Assembly: GCA_964016885.1 (NCBI GenBank)
Contig: OZ024742.1
Location: 177,134,001 to 177,198,000 of the forward strand
DNA from: Eledone cirrhosa
Lineage: Eukaryota
Length of the DNA stretch: 64,000 nucleotides
Reading direction: 5' to 3'
Part shown: piece by piece, positions 13,535-27,619 of the stretch
Position numbering within the stretch: position 1 is the first letter of the stretch
Layout: each line of letters opens with the position of its first letter
Notes under the pieces: model-generated
What the model saw: the letters and a program-made list of their open reading frames with translations, nothing else
Told to the model about the DNA's origin: nothing
Database searches by the model: none
Position numbers and translations under genes: made by a program

Positions 13535-15048
13535 ATTTCTTTATTAGCCACAAGGGGGCACAAGAAAAGGGGACAATACAAATACATGCCGGGGATTTTA
13601 CATACAGTCGTGTAAAAAATATAAAAACAAACAATTACAACAATCGAAATCCCCAATAGGGGGGAGGCGCCATAAATGGGTTGTTTAATACCCCGTCGAT
13701 AGAACAACTCTCAACTCCAGGAGCGTGTTGTGCAAGTGCTTCTTTCTTCCTTTTGCTCTCTTCCTCAACCTACAGGCTTATAAACAGAGAAGGCCCTATC
13801 ACTCGGGCCATTTTCGCTTCATTCACCCACCTTTCAGTAAATTTACTGGGGTGCAGTGGCCCTCTCTCCACCCTGATTCTCCTTCTAAAGTGATACTTAA
13901 AGAAGGGAATCAATTGTTGGCAGGAGAGAAAGGCATTTGTCCTCAGTCCTCTCAACCTCGTCTACCATATAACTTCTTTCACCATAGCCACCGTACAGAG
14001 GAAAACCGCCTCTCTTTCGTTTTTGAAAGAGGCTGGCGGTTTGATCCTTACTATGGACTCGGCAGTCAACTGGATTTATCCCATACGCGACAGCTATTCT
14101 TCTGCATAGTTTCACAGGTCGGTTACGCCCGTGCAGTGTACAATTGCGTGCACGACTGTTTCAATGTCCTGCGCGCATCTTGGACACGTCCTCTTGGAAG
14201 GATCCCTGCCGGGGCGCCCGTGCCTGTGGATCTTGTCACGAACTGGTAGAGTACCTCGGTAGCACTGCCAAGTCAGGGACTTCTTGAAGTTGACAATAGG
14301 TCCAGGGCGGAAAGTCCTACCAAACAGACTGGTGAACTCATCGTCTTCTACGCCCAGAGTCTCTCCGAGCACGTCGTCGGCCTTGTAACGTACAATCCCT
14401 CTATAGAATGTCGAAGTGGAGTCTCCACTGATTGCTGCGCCCGATTGCCAGAGGACTGTGAGTGCCTGAGCGCATTCAATATGCCAGGCGCCCATCGTTT
14501 TCAGTCTATTCTTGACCCAGAACTGCAGCTCCGTAAGCGAGACGAGCTGTGGGAAATCCTGTCTCACAAACGGTGACCACACCGGTTGGGGGTCGATGAG
14601 GAATACCTGGAGATGCCGCAGCCTCAGTGCATGTTTGCGCATCATCAGAAGGCATTCCCAGCCCTCCGTTGGAAGGGTGCTGACAGCAGACGGATCTCCT
14701 CACCAGCGGAGCCTGCTTCTTCCACAGAAACTGAAAGAGCATGCGTTCTATCTTGGCGAGGTGTTCACGGGGACAAGGCACGACAGCCAAGCGGTAGTAG
14801 ATGACGGACGCTATGAAAGTGTTCGCCACTTCCGCTCGACCTTTCAAGGACAGTTTGGACTCTGCCCACTTCTGGGTGAGTACAAACACCTTGGCCGTGA
14901 CCTCGTTCCAGTTTTTCTCCTCCTGGAGGTCTGGACCGAACCAAACCCCGAGCAATTTCACCGGTCGTCTGTCCAGCGTCCAACGACGCTGTCGGACACC
15001 ATCGGTTTGCCTCTCCACGTACCGAGTTGCAAACCGACAGATTGTCCG
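13535..15048 (-). mobile_element. 5'-truncated Tx1/L1-clade LINE (end of RT, CCHC zinc finger, 3' UTR)
   Basis: ORF 14506-15018: VKLLGVWFG...NW...W....LSLKGR.....IYY.....IERMLFQFLW.......GGLGMP. ORF 14112-14645: LPVRD...CPRC...ETVVHAIVHC. AATAAA near 13540 just before the (CTAT)n run. Frameshifted. Confidence 0.9.
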
Positions 15049-15049
15049 G

Positions 15050-15656
15050 TTTTAGTTTTTCAATTACGTCATAATTAGGAGCGGTGAAAACAATTACACG
15101 CAAAGACAAAATCACGTTTATGCTATAAATCAAGTCGTAGACTAATATTCTACTAGGTGGTGTGTGGAGACGTTCTCTGGCAATGAACGGAAAAAACGAA
15201 GATAATACGTGCATGTATATATTTAATATTTGTTGATTTCAATTACGTCTGTAATTTATTTACATTATTCTTAACTCTGAAGCCGAGTAGAATTTTAGTC
15301 TACGACTCCATTTATACCATAAACGTGTTTTTTTCTTTGCGTGTAATTGTTTTCACCGCTCCTAATTATGACGTATTATCTTCATTTTTTTCCGTTCATT
15401 GCCAGGGAACGTTTCCACGAACCAAAGTATCGTCTTCCTGCCTTTGGTTGCAACGTTTTTCGAAATATTTACTTGTGCTTTCACAGATTGATATTTTTAG
15501 TTTCAGAAGATCCCGTTAAGGGTGAAAGCAGCGATTCTTTGCTTAAACTTTAATCCGTTATTTTAATAAATATTTGCTCTACGGTTCTTATATATTTGAT
15601 ATATATTTATCCGTATCGAGCCCTCTTTGGATTTTAGTCTTCTAATTTATTATTAT

Positions 15657-15660
<4 letters not shown>
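15050..15660 (+). mobile_element. rearranged inverted-repeat non-coding element, family E
   Basis: 15066-15153 is inverted against 15287-15376, and 15165-15210 against 15371-15418. The block GAAGATCCCGTTAAGGGTGAAAGCAGCGATTCTTTGCTTAAAC recurs at 31145 (+), 61100-61141 (-) and 63810-64000 (-). Confidence 0.8.
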
Positions 15661-15695
<35 letters not shown>

Positions 15696-15698
<3 letters not shown>

Positions 15699-18600
15699 AC
15701 TTAGATGGCGTGCCTTCCATTTCGATAGAAAATCACATGAAAAAACAAATAAATACAACTTCGATATGATCTTCATATCCAAGAAAAGTCCACCTCACAA
15801 CAAACTATTAATGGAATTTGAAAATGAAATAATATCAATTATACAAAACATCAATTCAAGAAAAACCAATTCGTAGGCCTTAAGAAGGAATACCTTAAAG
15901 GCCTTAAGAATAATATAGAAGGTATTGAAAAAACTGAGAAAGTTCTCGTTAAATCTGACAAAACCAACAATCTATATGGAATGCAAAAGGACGAATATAA
16001 TAATCTTATATTGAAGGAACTAAGGAAAAACTACAAAATAAGAACCAATGAAGAACAACTTGAAATGCTAAATAGAGAAGCTTCTGATGTAATTCATAAA
16101 TTAGGCATCGAAAATAGGACCGAACCCTTTATAGCTTGAAAACCAAAAATTTATTTGGAAGACCACAAAAGAAACTTTGAAATAGAATTACAAGTTATAC
16201 TTATAGCACCATCTAAATCAGACTTAGGCATAGTTAGTAAATATATATTAGATAGAATCATACCGCAACTTAAAGAGATACCTTACTTAAAACTATGGAA
16301 CGGTACTAATGAAGTTATAGATTGGTTCAATAAAATAAAATATAAGCATAACAAAAAATTCATACAATTGGATATTGCAAATTACTACTCATCTATCACT
16401 CCTAATTTGATTAATAAAGCCCTTATCTACGCATCTAAATATACTGATTTATCTAGTGATGAAATGCATATCATTTTAACTGCACGGACAACCTTAATTA
16501 AATTCAACAACCATCACGGAGATGACCGGTGGTTGATATCGTGATGATATGCTGCTGTTAATTGAAAATAATAATAATTGTGAAATTAATAGAAAAAGAA
16601 AATCAATAATACAATTTTTAATAGCTATTATCTTTAGTTAGAAAGAGAGAATAACTATAAAATTGTTAACTTTTTAGACGTAACATTAAACCTTAATACT
16701 GTGCTATACTATCCATTCCATAAAATTAATGAGAACTTAAACTATGTTAGCTTGAACTCTAATCATCCTAGATCCATTAAGAACACTATCGTAAATTCTG
16801 TACAACAACGTATTTCTCTAATCTCAGCGAATAAAAATATATTTGAAGATAAGGCACAATATTATAACGAAGCTTTAAGTAGAGCAGGCTATATAAATAA
16901 AATTAAATACCATAATATTAATTATAATTATAATAATAAACCTAACGTAAACTCTAAAACTAACAGAAGAAATAGAACTAGAAACATAATCTGGTATGCT
17001 CCTCCATTTTCACTAAGTATTAAAACACCTTTATCTAAACTATTTTTTAAAGCTCTTGTTAAATGTTTTCCCAAGGCCCATAGATATTACTCAATCTTTA
17101 ACAGACATACAATTAAACTATCTTACTCTACTACTATGAACCTAGCACAAAATATAAATAGAATCAATAATAGAAATCTAAACCTTAACCAGAATAGCAC
17201 TAATACCTGTAGCAATATCCAATATAATAATACTGTTCCGAATAATATAAACTCTGATAAATGTAATTGTAGAATTAAATCTAACTGTCCTTTAAAAAAT
17301 AACTGTTTAGTTAAAAATGTGATCTATAAATGCAATGTCAAACCAATGATAATATTTTTAACTATGTTGGCTCAACCTCTAGAGACTTTAAATCTCGTTT
17401 CATTAACCATAAATGTTCGTTTAATAATATTGGTAAAACATCTTTAACTTCTCTATTCAACTTGATATGGAGCTTAAAATCCAAAAAGTAGAGACTATTC
17501 TTTAACTTGGAATATAATTTCAAAGCACCCGCTTACTCAACTTTAACTAAATTTTGCAAATTGTGTGTTGAGGAAATTTTCTTCATACTTAAATGTAAGA
17601 AATCCATTAATATACGTAACAATTTATTTAGTTCTTGTAAACATCGCCAAAACTCAACTTTTAGATCTATATATAAAATATAATTACACGTTTAATTTTT
17701 TTACATAATGTTAACTTTATTCAAACACCTATAATTTCATTTCTTAAATTATATGCATATATGTTTATAAATTCTAAATCTTTAAATTTAAATTTAATGT
17801 AATTCTAATTTTAATATCCTTTACTTCTTAAATATATATAATTTACTTCTTAAATCTTTACTTTTTTATATTTCTACTTCTTAAATATCTTTATTTTTTA
17901 TATTTATTTTATCTTACTTCCAAAATATCTCATAATCGTTTTAGAAAAATTACTTAAATTTTTTTTTTAAATTACTTATTTAAAAAAAAAATATTTTTTA
18001 AGGATTATTTGGGTTATCTTAATATTTTTAATATATTTTTTAGGATTTTTCTAATATTTTAAAATATTTTAAAGTATTTTTAAATATTTCTTAATAATAT
18101 TTCTTTATATTTTCTGAATAATTTTAGGGTTTTAATTATATTTTCTGAATAATTTTAGGTTTTTAATTAATTTTAAAGATTTTTTAAATGTTTTTTCAGT
18201 ATCTTTGGAGTCCTTTTGAGATCTTTTAAAAATCTCTTTGAAAGTTTTTCCAGGAATTTTCAAGAATTTTGTCTAGAATTTTTAATATTTTATAATCTTA
18301 ATTTTTCAATGGTTTTAATATTCTCTTATACTTATAATAATTTTTAATTTTTTTATTATTTAATATTAGAGTTATAACCAATAACTAAATCTGGCTAAAT
18401 ATATCTTTAAACATATTTTTGTAAAAATTATCTCATAATAACTAATAAATAAACAAAACTGAGATTTTCAATATGTTTCCAATATAAAACATTAAAAACA
18501 TATAAATAATCTTATTAACTCAGTTAATTTAATTTAATTTAATTTAAATAATTACACTAAATATAAACTAGTATCCCTTATAATTTATCATCTATAACAT

Positions 18601-19215
18601 GATATACCCATCTATCCTTATATCTATATGTTATCCTATGCTTCTACTTTATATCTAAGTATTTTAAATCGATTTTTTAAAATATTTTAATATATTTTAA
18701 TATATTTTAATATATCTTTATTTTTTCTATATATCTAATTTTCTATATACTTATAATAGTAAATAAATATTTATTATAATAAAATTCTAACAATTATTAG
18801 TAAATATACGTAACATAAATATCTAACATAAACATAAGACTTACTTACGTTATATGAGCTCAATCTCGGATAAACTTCTTTCTTCGCTCTTTCTTCACTC
18901 TATTTCTACATATACTAATACTTTACTTTTCTCTCTCTTCTTCCCATAGAGTAATTTAAATAAACGGTTGTTTTTTTTTCAATTTTTCGGACATGCATTT
19001 GCATATTCACACATAACTTTCAATTACCCTTAATAAATTTTCACTATCCAGCGAATTTTCAACCGTCAAGGTTGTTTTCCATGATTATGTCACTATTTAT
19101 AAAACAAATTTTGTATTTTATCTCATGAAAGTGCACCAAGATTGGCTTGGTCGGCCTTGAAATATATATAATAAAATAATTATGGTTTTATAAATATAGA
19201 TTCCATTTATTAATA
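15696..19215 (+). mobile_element. decayed Penelope-like retroelement (RT + C-terminal GIY-YIG; probably Hydra-type lineage) with AT-rich 3' region and terminal hammerhead
   Basis: Motifs in order: RLRWRAFHF (15696), KSDKT, EDHKRNF, PSKSDLG, QLDIANYYSSI, YRDD (TATCGTGATGAT near 16537), NFLDVTLNL, SNHP, RNIIWYAPPFS, CNCR...CPL...CL..NVIYKC, YVGST, CKLCVEE. Multiple stops and frameshifts. The clade assignment is inference. Confidence 0.9.
19114..19178 (+). ncRNA. type I hammerhead ribozyme motif with mutated core (CUCAUGA)
   Basis: TATTTTAT | CTcATGA | AAG..ACCAAG-attgg-CTTGGT..CTT | GAAA | TATAT-ATA | ATAAAATA. Stem I is 8 perfect bp; the core G5 is changed to C. Confidence 0.7.
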
Positions 19216-19229
19216 TATATATATATAGG

Positions 19230-19340
19230 AAATAGTTCAAGATCCCGACGGCAGAGCTCCAGCCGTTTCGACAGCTGTTTCTGGGCCGGAAATAGCCGTA
19301 GAAACGGCTTGAGCTCTGCTGTCAGGGTCTTGGACTATTT
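19230..19340. mobile_element. short hairpin element related to family F
   Basis: AAATAGTTCAAGATCCCGACGGCAGAGCTC.AGCCGTTTC...GAAACGGCTTGAGCTCTGCTGTCAGGGTCTTGGACTATTT is an imperfect palindrome sharing GAAACGGCTTGAGCTC with 48239 and 60398. Confidence 0.75.
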
Positions 19341-19560
19341 ATTATATATTATTTACAATTTGTGTGTAGAAAGGTCTCTCTAGAAATAGGCGTGAACGCA
19401 GTGAGAGTATTACGTGTCCATGAGCGGGCGTAGCCCAAAACGATTGAGAACCTCTATGCTAGACTGACAAAAAATAGTCGGTTTTACTCGTAAATTTCTC
19501 CAACCACGGTTCTGGAATTCAAGAATAGGAATAGCCAATATTAAAATAATAATAATGATA

Positions 19561-19658
<98 letters not shown>

Positions 19659-21485
19659 TTGTGTCTGTATGTGTGTGTATGTGTGTGTGTGTGTATGTGT
19701 GTATGTGTGTATTTATATATATAAACTTAAGAACATTAACAAAGAAAGGACAAAACAACGAAACGAAACAAAACAAACCGAAAAACATCTAAAGTCAAAG
19801 TGGTTTGTATCCTTGAACCTGAGCATAGAGGTATCAAAACGGTTAATTATGTCCCTTCCTTGTCTATCCATGCGGATTAAAATTAAAGCCAAATAAATTT
19901 ATTTCACAAACGAATTTAGTTAGTATGAACATGTGATATTTGAGTAAACGTTTAGTGAAGTGAAATACAAACGTAGACGTAGCCTTTGAGGAATCTAAGT
20001 CTTAAAATATCGCGAATGTTCATGTCATACATGCTGTAACGGACTATACACATTTTTATGTTGATTGTAAGCATTCCAGATTGAATGTTGACAAAAGAAT
20101 CTCCAACGATTTTAGTACAAAATATGAACTCAGTCACTTACATTCTGAGGTGAATTAATTAATCAATTCTGTACTTGTCTGGTTCTCTTGTCATGTAAAA
20201 AACACGACCGTTATATAGATAAGAAATATCGTTAATTGTGAAGAGAAAAATAAAATAACGTTGAACCATTTGTTATATTATACTGTTTATGTTTGGATAT
20301 GTTTCAATGCAATGTAGAACGACACTAGAGATTGTTATTGGGCTTGGGAAGTGTGCTGGTGAGTATCCCGTGGATTTGAATACCACTTATGCTTAACAGG
20401 CAATACTTATTTTCTATTTGATCTTATACATTCCAGATTCAATATTGCTAAAATTTAATCTTATAAGGAAATTCGTACACAGTATGCCGTCATTGAAATA
20501 CTCAGGTCGTTTGATAAATCGACTCAGTGCTTGAATGGTTCTCTCATAATATGACCGTGTGCTTATATAAGAAATCATTAATTTTGAACAACGAAACACA
20601 ACGTTAAGCCATTTGTTCTTTGATTCTGTCTATTTTGGCAACGTTTGAAATAAATTGAATTATTCAGTTTGGTTGTCACCGTAATGGTGCAAGAAAGACA
20701 AATATACTATTAATTGTCTCTTTGTTGCGCATATAACACCTCGCATCTCATTGAGAAATTCCTTTAGAACTTTTCACGATAATAGCTTAAGTCATTGGGA
20801 AAAATTGGCGAAAACAAAATAACTAAATTTCCGATAAAATGAACAATACAAAACAAAGACATATTAATTTTTAAAAGCGTGGAAATCCTAAAATATTCCG
20901 GTCAAATCCTGAGTTTCAATATTTAATTGTGCGAAACACAATCATCAGTGCAACATAACAAGGAATTATTACCAAATCCTTCCAAAAGGAAATTAATTCG
21001 TAAAGAAGTAGAGATTAAAAGCTTTGGTGATATTCACATTCTTTTACCCTCGACGTCTTATAGATGTTTGCTGTTCTTGTTCTTGATGGCATTGTTGCTG
21101 TTACTGTTGTTTCTGTTCATGGTTATTGAGTTGTTGTTTTTATTGTTGCTGTTGTTGTTGTTGTTGCTGGAGATGTTGTTGTTGTTGTTATCGTTACTCT
21201 TATTATTGTTGCTGTTCATTTATATAATTGTTATTACTAAATCAGTTCGGTCTTTAAATTATTTAATCCCTAAATCACAGAATTATTTTCCAGCGATAAT
21301 ATATGTGCATTCGTGTATAAATTCTTAGTTACGTTTTGCTATTCTTTTCTGCTACAATATCACACACCCCTGCACCGATTAAGCAAAGAGTTCTAATTAT
21401 AGGCACGAGAAAGTTTATGCTCATACATTCTCATTATATACCTGTTAATATTTAAGATATTATTATATAATGTTTGTGATGGATA

Positions 21486-21675
21486 AGGATCGTGGGTTGG
21501 CAGTATCGGTAGAAGGTCGGATGCCATGCTTTGAGACATCGAGGTACGCCCCTTTGCGGTCTGAATTCAAATCTCTCCAAGGTAAACTTTGCCTTTCATC
21601 ATTACGGGGTCTATAAAATAAAGCACTAGTAATGCACTAGGGTAATTGCTGGCGTTGTGCCAAAAGTAGAAACAA
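21486..21675 (+). mobile_element. tRNA-derived SINE
   Basis: TGGCAGTATCGG, GAATTCAAATC, GCCTTTCATC...GTAGAAACAATTATT. Confidence 0.9.
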
Positions 21676-23579
21676 TTATTATATAATGTCTATTATATTA
21701 CAATTACTATGTAATATAATTCTTTTCTTATATTATAAATGGAATCATTACTTCCTATGGAGTCGTAGGGGCGCCGTAGAGACATTTTGCATGTCATGTG
21801 TAATTTAAAACTGGTGGAGCTCATCCCACTCTCCAGGTCTTCACACAGAATTTTTTCCTTGATCTCGAAAGGCGGAAAGACGAAGTTGACCTCAGCGTAT
21901 TTTTTAACTCAGAGTCCTGAGAGTCGGAACAAATACCACAAAGCATTCTATCAGGCGATCTGACGATTCTGTCAATTTGCCGTGTATTTTTATGTCATAA
22001 TTTTTATTCATAAATGTGATTATTATTAGGCTTTCTTTATATAATATTTCTTGTTAGTTCTTTTATATTATAATATTTTATATGATATAATGTTCGTCCT
22101 TGAATTATTTTAGTCACAAACTTTGTTATTATTTTTTATATAGTGGTGTTAGTATTGTTTTTGTTTTATTTCTGCATAAATAAAATTATTTGCAATTAAA
22201 AAAAAAAGACTGAAAATGTTATTATTTTCTTAGTCCAGTTTTATCTTTATACTAAAATCGTTTATTCATTATTTTTTAGTATTATTGATCTTAGTTTCTC
22301 TTAGTTTGTGGAGCAGTTAAAGAGGACATTATGTGCATCCATAGTAAATGATCTTTAAAAAAATAATAAACTTTACGTTAAGATTATACCGGAGATGGAA
22401 GAAGGCAGGACAATACAAAGACGACTCGAGTCACTCACACACACACATACATGCACACACACACACATAGAAGTAGACACACGCACACACACACATACAC
22501 ATATACAAGTGACTGCATGCCAGCACACATATACCTTCTCGTTCTCTACCACGTACACTATCCTACATAAATACACATACACACACATTCACTGTCTCTC
22601 TCTTAAATACACTATCACACACACACCATTTGGGTTTCTGACGCCGAAACACACACACAATTTCTCTCACACAACCTATCTCACGCATACACATTCTCCA
22701 CTATATTACAAAATTACTCTCACGCCTACACAGAACAATATTAAAATAGAGTGTCTCACACATACAGGATGACATAAAGCTACACACAAACACGCACTTA
22801 CACGCACACTCACACACACCCAGCGCACTTCGAATATATAGTTTCGAACATACACACTATTACGCATATTATCTGAAAATAATACAGACACACATACATT
22901 TAAAAAAATCAAATCATCATGGAATTCTGAACTCAACAAGAAAAAAAATGTTAACAATAAATAAACGATATTTCTTAGATTGAATTTTTTGGGTTTTTTT
23001 CTTTTTTGGCTAAATTTTTATTTCGTTAATTTTCTTTAAATTCATTAGGATGTGGCAAAGTCATTCAGGAAATGAAAGAACGATTAATGAAAGATAGTCT
23101 TGATAGTGCAAAACAGATTCTTAAAACGCAAAAGAAATACGTTTAAAACAAAAAAAACAGTATAGGTCGTTTTAAAAAGATTAAAATTACTCCGTAAAAG
23201 CGTCAATAGATGTCATGATGAGATGAAAGAAAAGACAAGTGAGAAATGAAATAATCACTCTAGCTTCGGTGATTGTCTCCAAACCAAGCTTAATAGCTGT
23301 TATAACATCCAACTAATGCATCTTCCACTAAATCATTTTGAAATCATCGAATGTTTATCTAGATGACTTGCGTATTTCTTAACATTGTATGAATTTAATT
23401 TAAGTTGTTAGATTATTCTTACGTAAACGACCCTGTAAAATATCTTTCGAGCTAAGTTGTTTGATGGTATTTCACTGAATGAAATTTAACATATTTGAAA
23501 TTTATATATTAAAATTTGATCATATGTGTCGAGAGGAATGCGTCTATTTTTCAACTCAGCAGAATCAATAAAATAATAA

Positions 23580-23935
23580 TTGTTTCTATTTTAGGCACAA
23601 GGCCAGCACTTACCCAGTACATTACTGGTACTTTATTTTATCGACCCCGTAAAGATGAAAGGCAAAGTTAACCTCGGCAGGATTTGAACTCAGATCGTAA
23701 AGGGACGTAACTAAGCTGGAAAGCATGTCCGACTCTCTACCGATACTGCCAATTCGCCCTAAAATAATAATAGTTACTGATTTAGGCACAATGCCACCAA
23801 TCTTAGGGGAGGGGAAATTCGATTAATTCGACCCCAGTGCGTTAATGATACTTTATATTATAGACCGCCTAAGGAGGAAAGGCAAAGCTAACCGCGGCTG
23901 GATTTGAACTCAGAACGTAAACGGCCATAAGTACA
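23580..23935 (-). mobile_element. young SINE (23580-23760) followed by an older related SINE (23780-23935)
   Basis: Both contain GATTTGAACTCAGA and AAAGGCAAAG.TAACC blocks. Confidence 0.85.
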
Positions 23936-23961
23936 TGCACGCGAATATTTAATAAAAGGTC

Positions 23962-24200
23962 AATCATGGCGCTAGATAATAAGGCGTTGAACTCATGATT
24001 ATAGGGACTTGGAAACGATTCCAGAACAGAGTAGTTCATTGTGACTTTGAGCAAAATACTTCATTTCCTTTTGCACCTGTCAATTCAGCTGGCAACATTG
24101 TACACCAGCAGAAAAGGTAGGGCAATCACTGTAGATGACTGGCGTCCAGACCAAGAGGCTGGTCGTTCCATATCATTACAGTATCCGTGAAACCTGATAT
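23962..24200 (+). mobile_element. degenerate CORE-type SINE
   Basis: Decayed tRNA-like head followed by TTGTGACTTTGAGCAAAATACTTCATTTC, resembling the CORE domain TGTG.CCTTG.GCAAG.CACTT.A. Confidence 0.5.
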
Positions 24201-24610
24201 GACATGCAACTTTCTAGAAGGCCTGCTATACTTACATTAGTATGTGTTGAGGCAGCAAGGTATAAATTTATCATAAAAGCAAAATCATCTTATACTTCTA
24301 AAAGGATCCTCGTGTGTTTAGATATGTTGTCTTATTGCGGTTGGCTGATTAACCCTAATAAGTCTATGTAACCAAAACTAACCGGAATTCTTAGGCATTT
24401 TACCTTATTTCTTCTGTCGCTGTGTCTGCTAAAGTAGAGCGTATTTCTTTTCATGTAAATGCTCATTTGTTGTTAAACTTTTCTCGTCTCTAATAAAGAA
24501 ACTCCTATGTACCTAATCTAATTGTATCCAGGCTTTTTGGTTAGTATCATATTCAAAGGATATGAGATTACGTGAAGTCCGTCAACCAGTCCACTTTATT
24601 AATTGAACTA

Positions 24611-24797
24611 AGGGCAGTGAATTGGCAGTATCGGTAGAGGGTTGGACGCCATGCTTTTTAGCATAGTTACGTCCCTTTACAGTCTGAGTTCAAATCCCGC
24701 CGAGGTTAACTTTGCCTTTCATCCTTACGGGGTCGATAAAATAAAGTACCAGTAATATACTGGGTATTTGCTGGCCTTGTGCTTAAAGTAGAAACAA
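24611..24797 (+). mobile_element. tRNA-derived SINE (young family)
   Basis: TGGCAGTATCGG A box, GAGTTCAAATCC B box, GCCTTTCATCCTTACGGGGTCGATAAAATAAAGTACCAG. An older copy follows at about 24870-25030. Confidence 0.92.
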
Positions 24798-27504
24798 TTA
24801 ATTGATCTATGTTCACTACAATTTCACAATTAATAACCTTGATTTCAAATGGCAATATTAATTTAGGAGATGCGGTGAATTGTTAGAGCCGTTAGAGCGT
24901 CAGATAGAATGGTTGCGGTATTCATTCTCGCTTTCTGCTTTCGGAGTTCATGTCTCGCTGATGTCGACTTTACAATTTATCTGTCAAGGTCGATAAAAAT
25001 GAACCAGTCCTGTACTGGGATCGATTCATCCATTATATCTGTCTTCCTATCTCTATTTCTCCTGGAAGACATTGTCTGTGATCTGATCTGGCGAGAGGAT
25101 GTGTTCAGCCAGGTTTAAAACGTCCATAACACGCCGTATGTCATGATGGTGCCCCAATGAATCTATCATGAGTTACGGACCCATATATGCGCACATGGGC
25201 TTATGAGATTGTATGACACTAATGCTGTCTATGAAACTCATTACACAGGCTATATTGCTGAGAGTCTACTTCCAGGGGGACATGTAAGTTTTATAGCGCA
25301 TATCACCTTTATTACACAAACTATAGTATTAACGAAAGAGTATAATTGTAAATACTTCGGTGCTTGAATATTTTGGCTGTAATTGCATTGTCTGCAGACG
25401 ATGTATTGTATGAAACATTGTTGCTCTGATATTGTCATTAAACATCTTTGTCTTGGATATTAATATTCACAGGAAATGACGGGAGAATATTGCGAATTAT
25501 AAATTGTTCTCAGATCTCCCAAATGAAATACACCCGCATGCCTACACATTCACACGCATACACTCCCATAAACTAATTAAATACGCAAATGCTAACACTT
25601 AAACTGACAGACTCACAGACAAACTCACATAGACATACGAAATACGCAATTACATTAATATGCACAAAGATTATTTAAACGCATTCATAATCCTCTTCCG
25701 TTGAGAAATATACACACTTATTAATATAGAAACGTACACTTAGACTTATAAATGTATCATTTAAATAATTTCGAACATTTAAAACTGAATGAAACACATC
25801 TATTCCTTCATACAATACACACAGAAGACATATGTGATACATACACAGTTATATTCGCTACTAAATTAAAGCATACGCGCAACATAAGAGAAGTTCTAAT
25901 AATCCATGCATACATTGAATGAATAGAAGTGCCTGTTCATTGTTAGACGCCTTGCTACACATTGCTGCGAAGAATTCCGACAAACGACATTCTATCATCA
26001 TAAAATAGATAATGCAAACCTAGATACATTGTGTCTTTTAGAATTACGGATAGCCATGATCGGAATGCCTTTAGTCAATTGTTCCTTCAAATGAAGGTGA
26101 CATGCGTTTAAACACAAAGAAAAGCATACTCATACACTGGCTTCTTTGTTAGAAATGCCATACATACAATACCATCGGAAATATATTTGCTAAGATGTTG
26201 TTAGAGTAAAGTATTTGTGGATGACGTGACATGTACTGTTAATATTTGTAGTAGAAAACTCCTCTCTAAAATCACTTATTTCAAACGAGCTATGGGAAAT
26301 CTTCCTGTGTAGTCACATTATGTGCCAGATATAGGAACTTCCTTTCTCTCAAATGGCACGAAATTGCCTTAAATAAAGAAATGGCACCATAGATAATATA
26401 GTTCTACGTGATATTTGGTTCATATTATTAATATTTTGGTATTAATATATTTAGATATTCAATCTAGATGCATCCGTCTTACTATTTATTTAAAATGTTT
26501 TTAATTATTTCATTTATTGTATTATTGTAGTATTATATATTATTATATATGTTCTCAAGTGTGATCTAAGTGACTGTTACCTGGAACTATGTCCTCTTTC
26601 AGAGATACTTGCTTCACTAAGGATTTGTTGAGACAAAGCACGTATTGCAGTTAGTCCACGTATATGTTGGCATAAGTATTTATGCATATACGTAGGTATC
26701 TATGACTGTCAGTTGCCTTAACCTAAACATAATTCCATCTAGATCAAACGAAAGCCTTTCAGGAATTCAAGCAAACGTGTTCTTTAAACCTAAAATCGAC
26801 CCCACCTAGCAGGCCCTTACAGGGCAAGGAAAACATAAATCACGCATATCTTTGAAATTCATATCCCAACTCTTCCGACAAAACAACCTCCAGCCTGTAA
26901 AAAGTACTGGTATGCGTGTGATTGATCATCAGACCACTATTGTCGTATTGCTTAGTTTCTATAGTTATCGTCAGGGACTATGACCTCATTGCGTAATTAT
27001 TCATAAACACAATTAATGTACACGCAATTAATGTATTCTGCCGAAATATTCCCGAAATATATAAATCAACGAATCTCATCCACTGGAATAAACGAAAAGT
27101 TCAATAAACCAAACCTAAATTACCCAAATGGAAAACATGTAATCACGCTTAACATATTTCAAAACCTAACCCGCTTAACACGGTGAAACTAACGGAGAGT
27201 AGCTACATGGGCAGTACTTAAATGACCAATTAAACCCAAATGTGGATTGTGTTTAACAACATGAAACCACATATCACCTTATCACAACATAGAAAAAGCC
27301 AACATGAGTTTAAACCCAAAAGATATTAAATCAAACCAAGTTAACGTAAAATAATACAAGGAAGAAAAACTGGAATTTGAAACAATCCTTACAAAAATTA
27401 AATTACAAACAAACTCGAAAGCATAATGCAAAACGTACTATTAATTAAAGAGGGAGAATGAGCATGAGTAGAGGCATATATAATCTGGAACATCATTACT
27501 ACTT

Positions 27505-27619
<115 letters not shown>

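Noticed and set aside
16130-16145. In-frame TGA in the Penelope RT as a possible selenocysteine codon
   Set aside because: The copy has many other stops and frameshifts, the position is not an evident Cys site, and no SECIS was identified. Simple decay is more likely.
20927-21328. Leucine-rich 133-aa ORF resembling a membrane protein
   Set aside because: Derived from a degenerate (TTG)n trinucleotide tract.
25249-25290. Possible 35-bp plus-strand exon (CAG...GTAAGT), and a minus-strand donor at 20134
   Set aside because: Weak or missing acceptor context; such sites are expected by chance in 64 kb.
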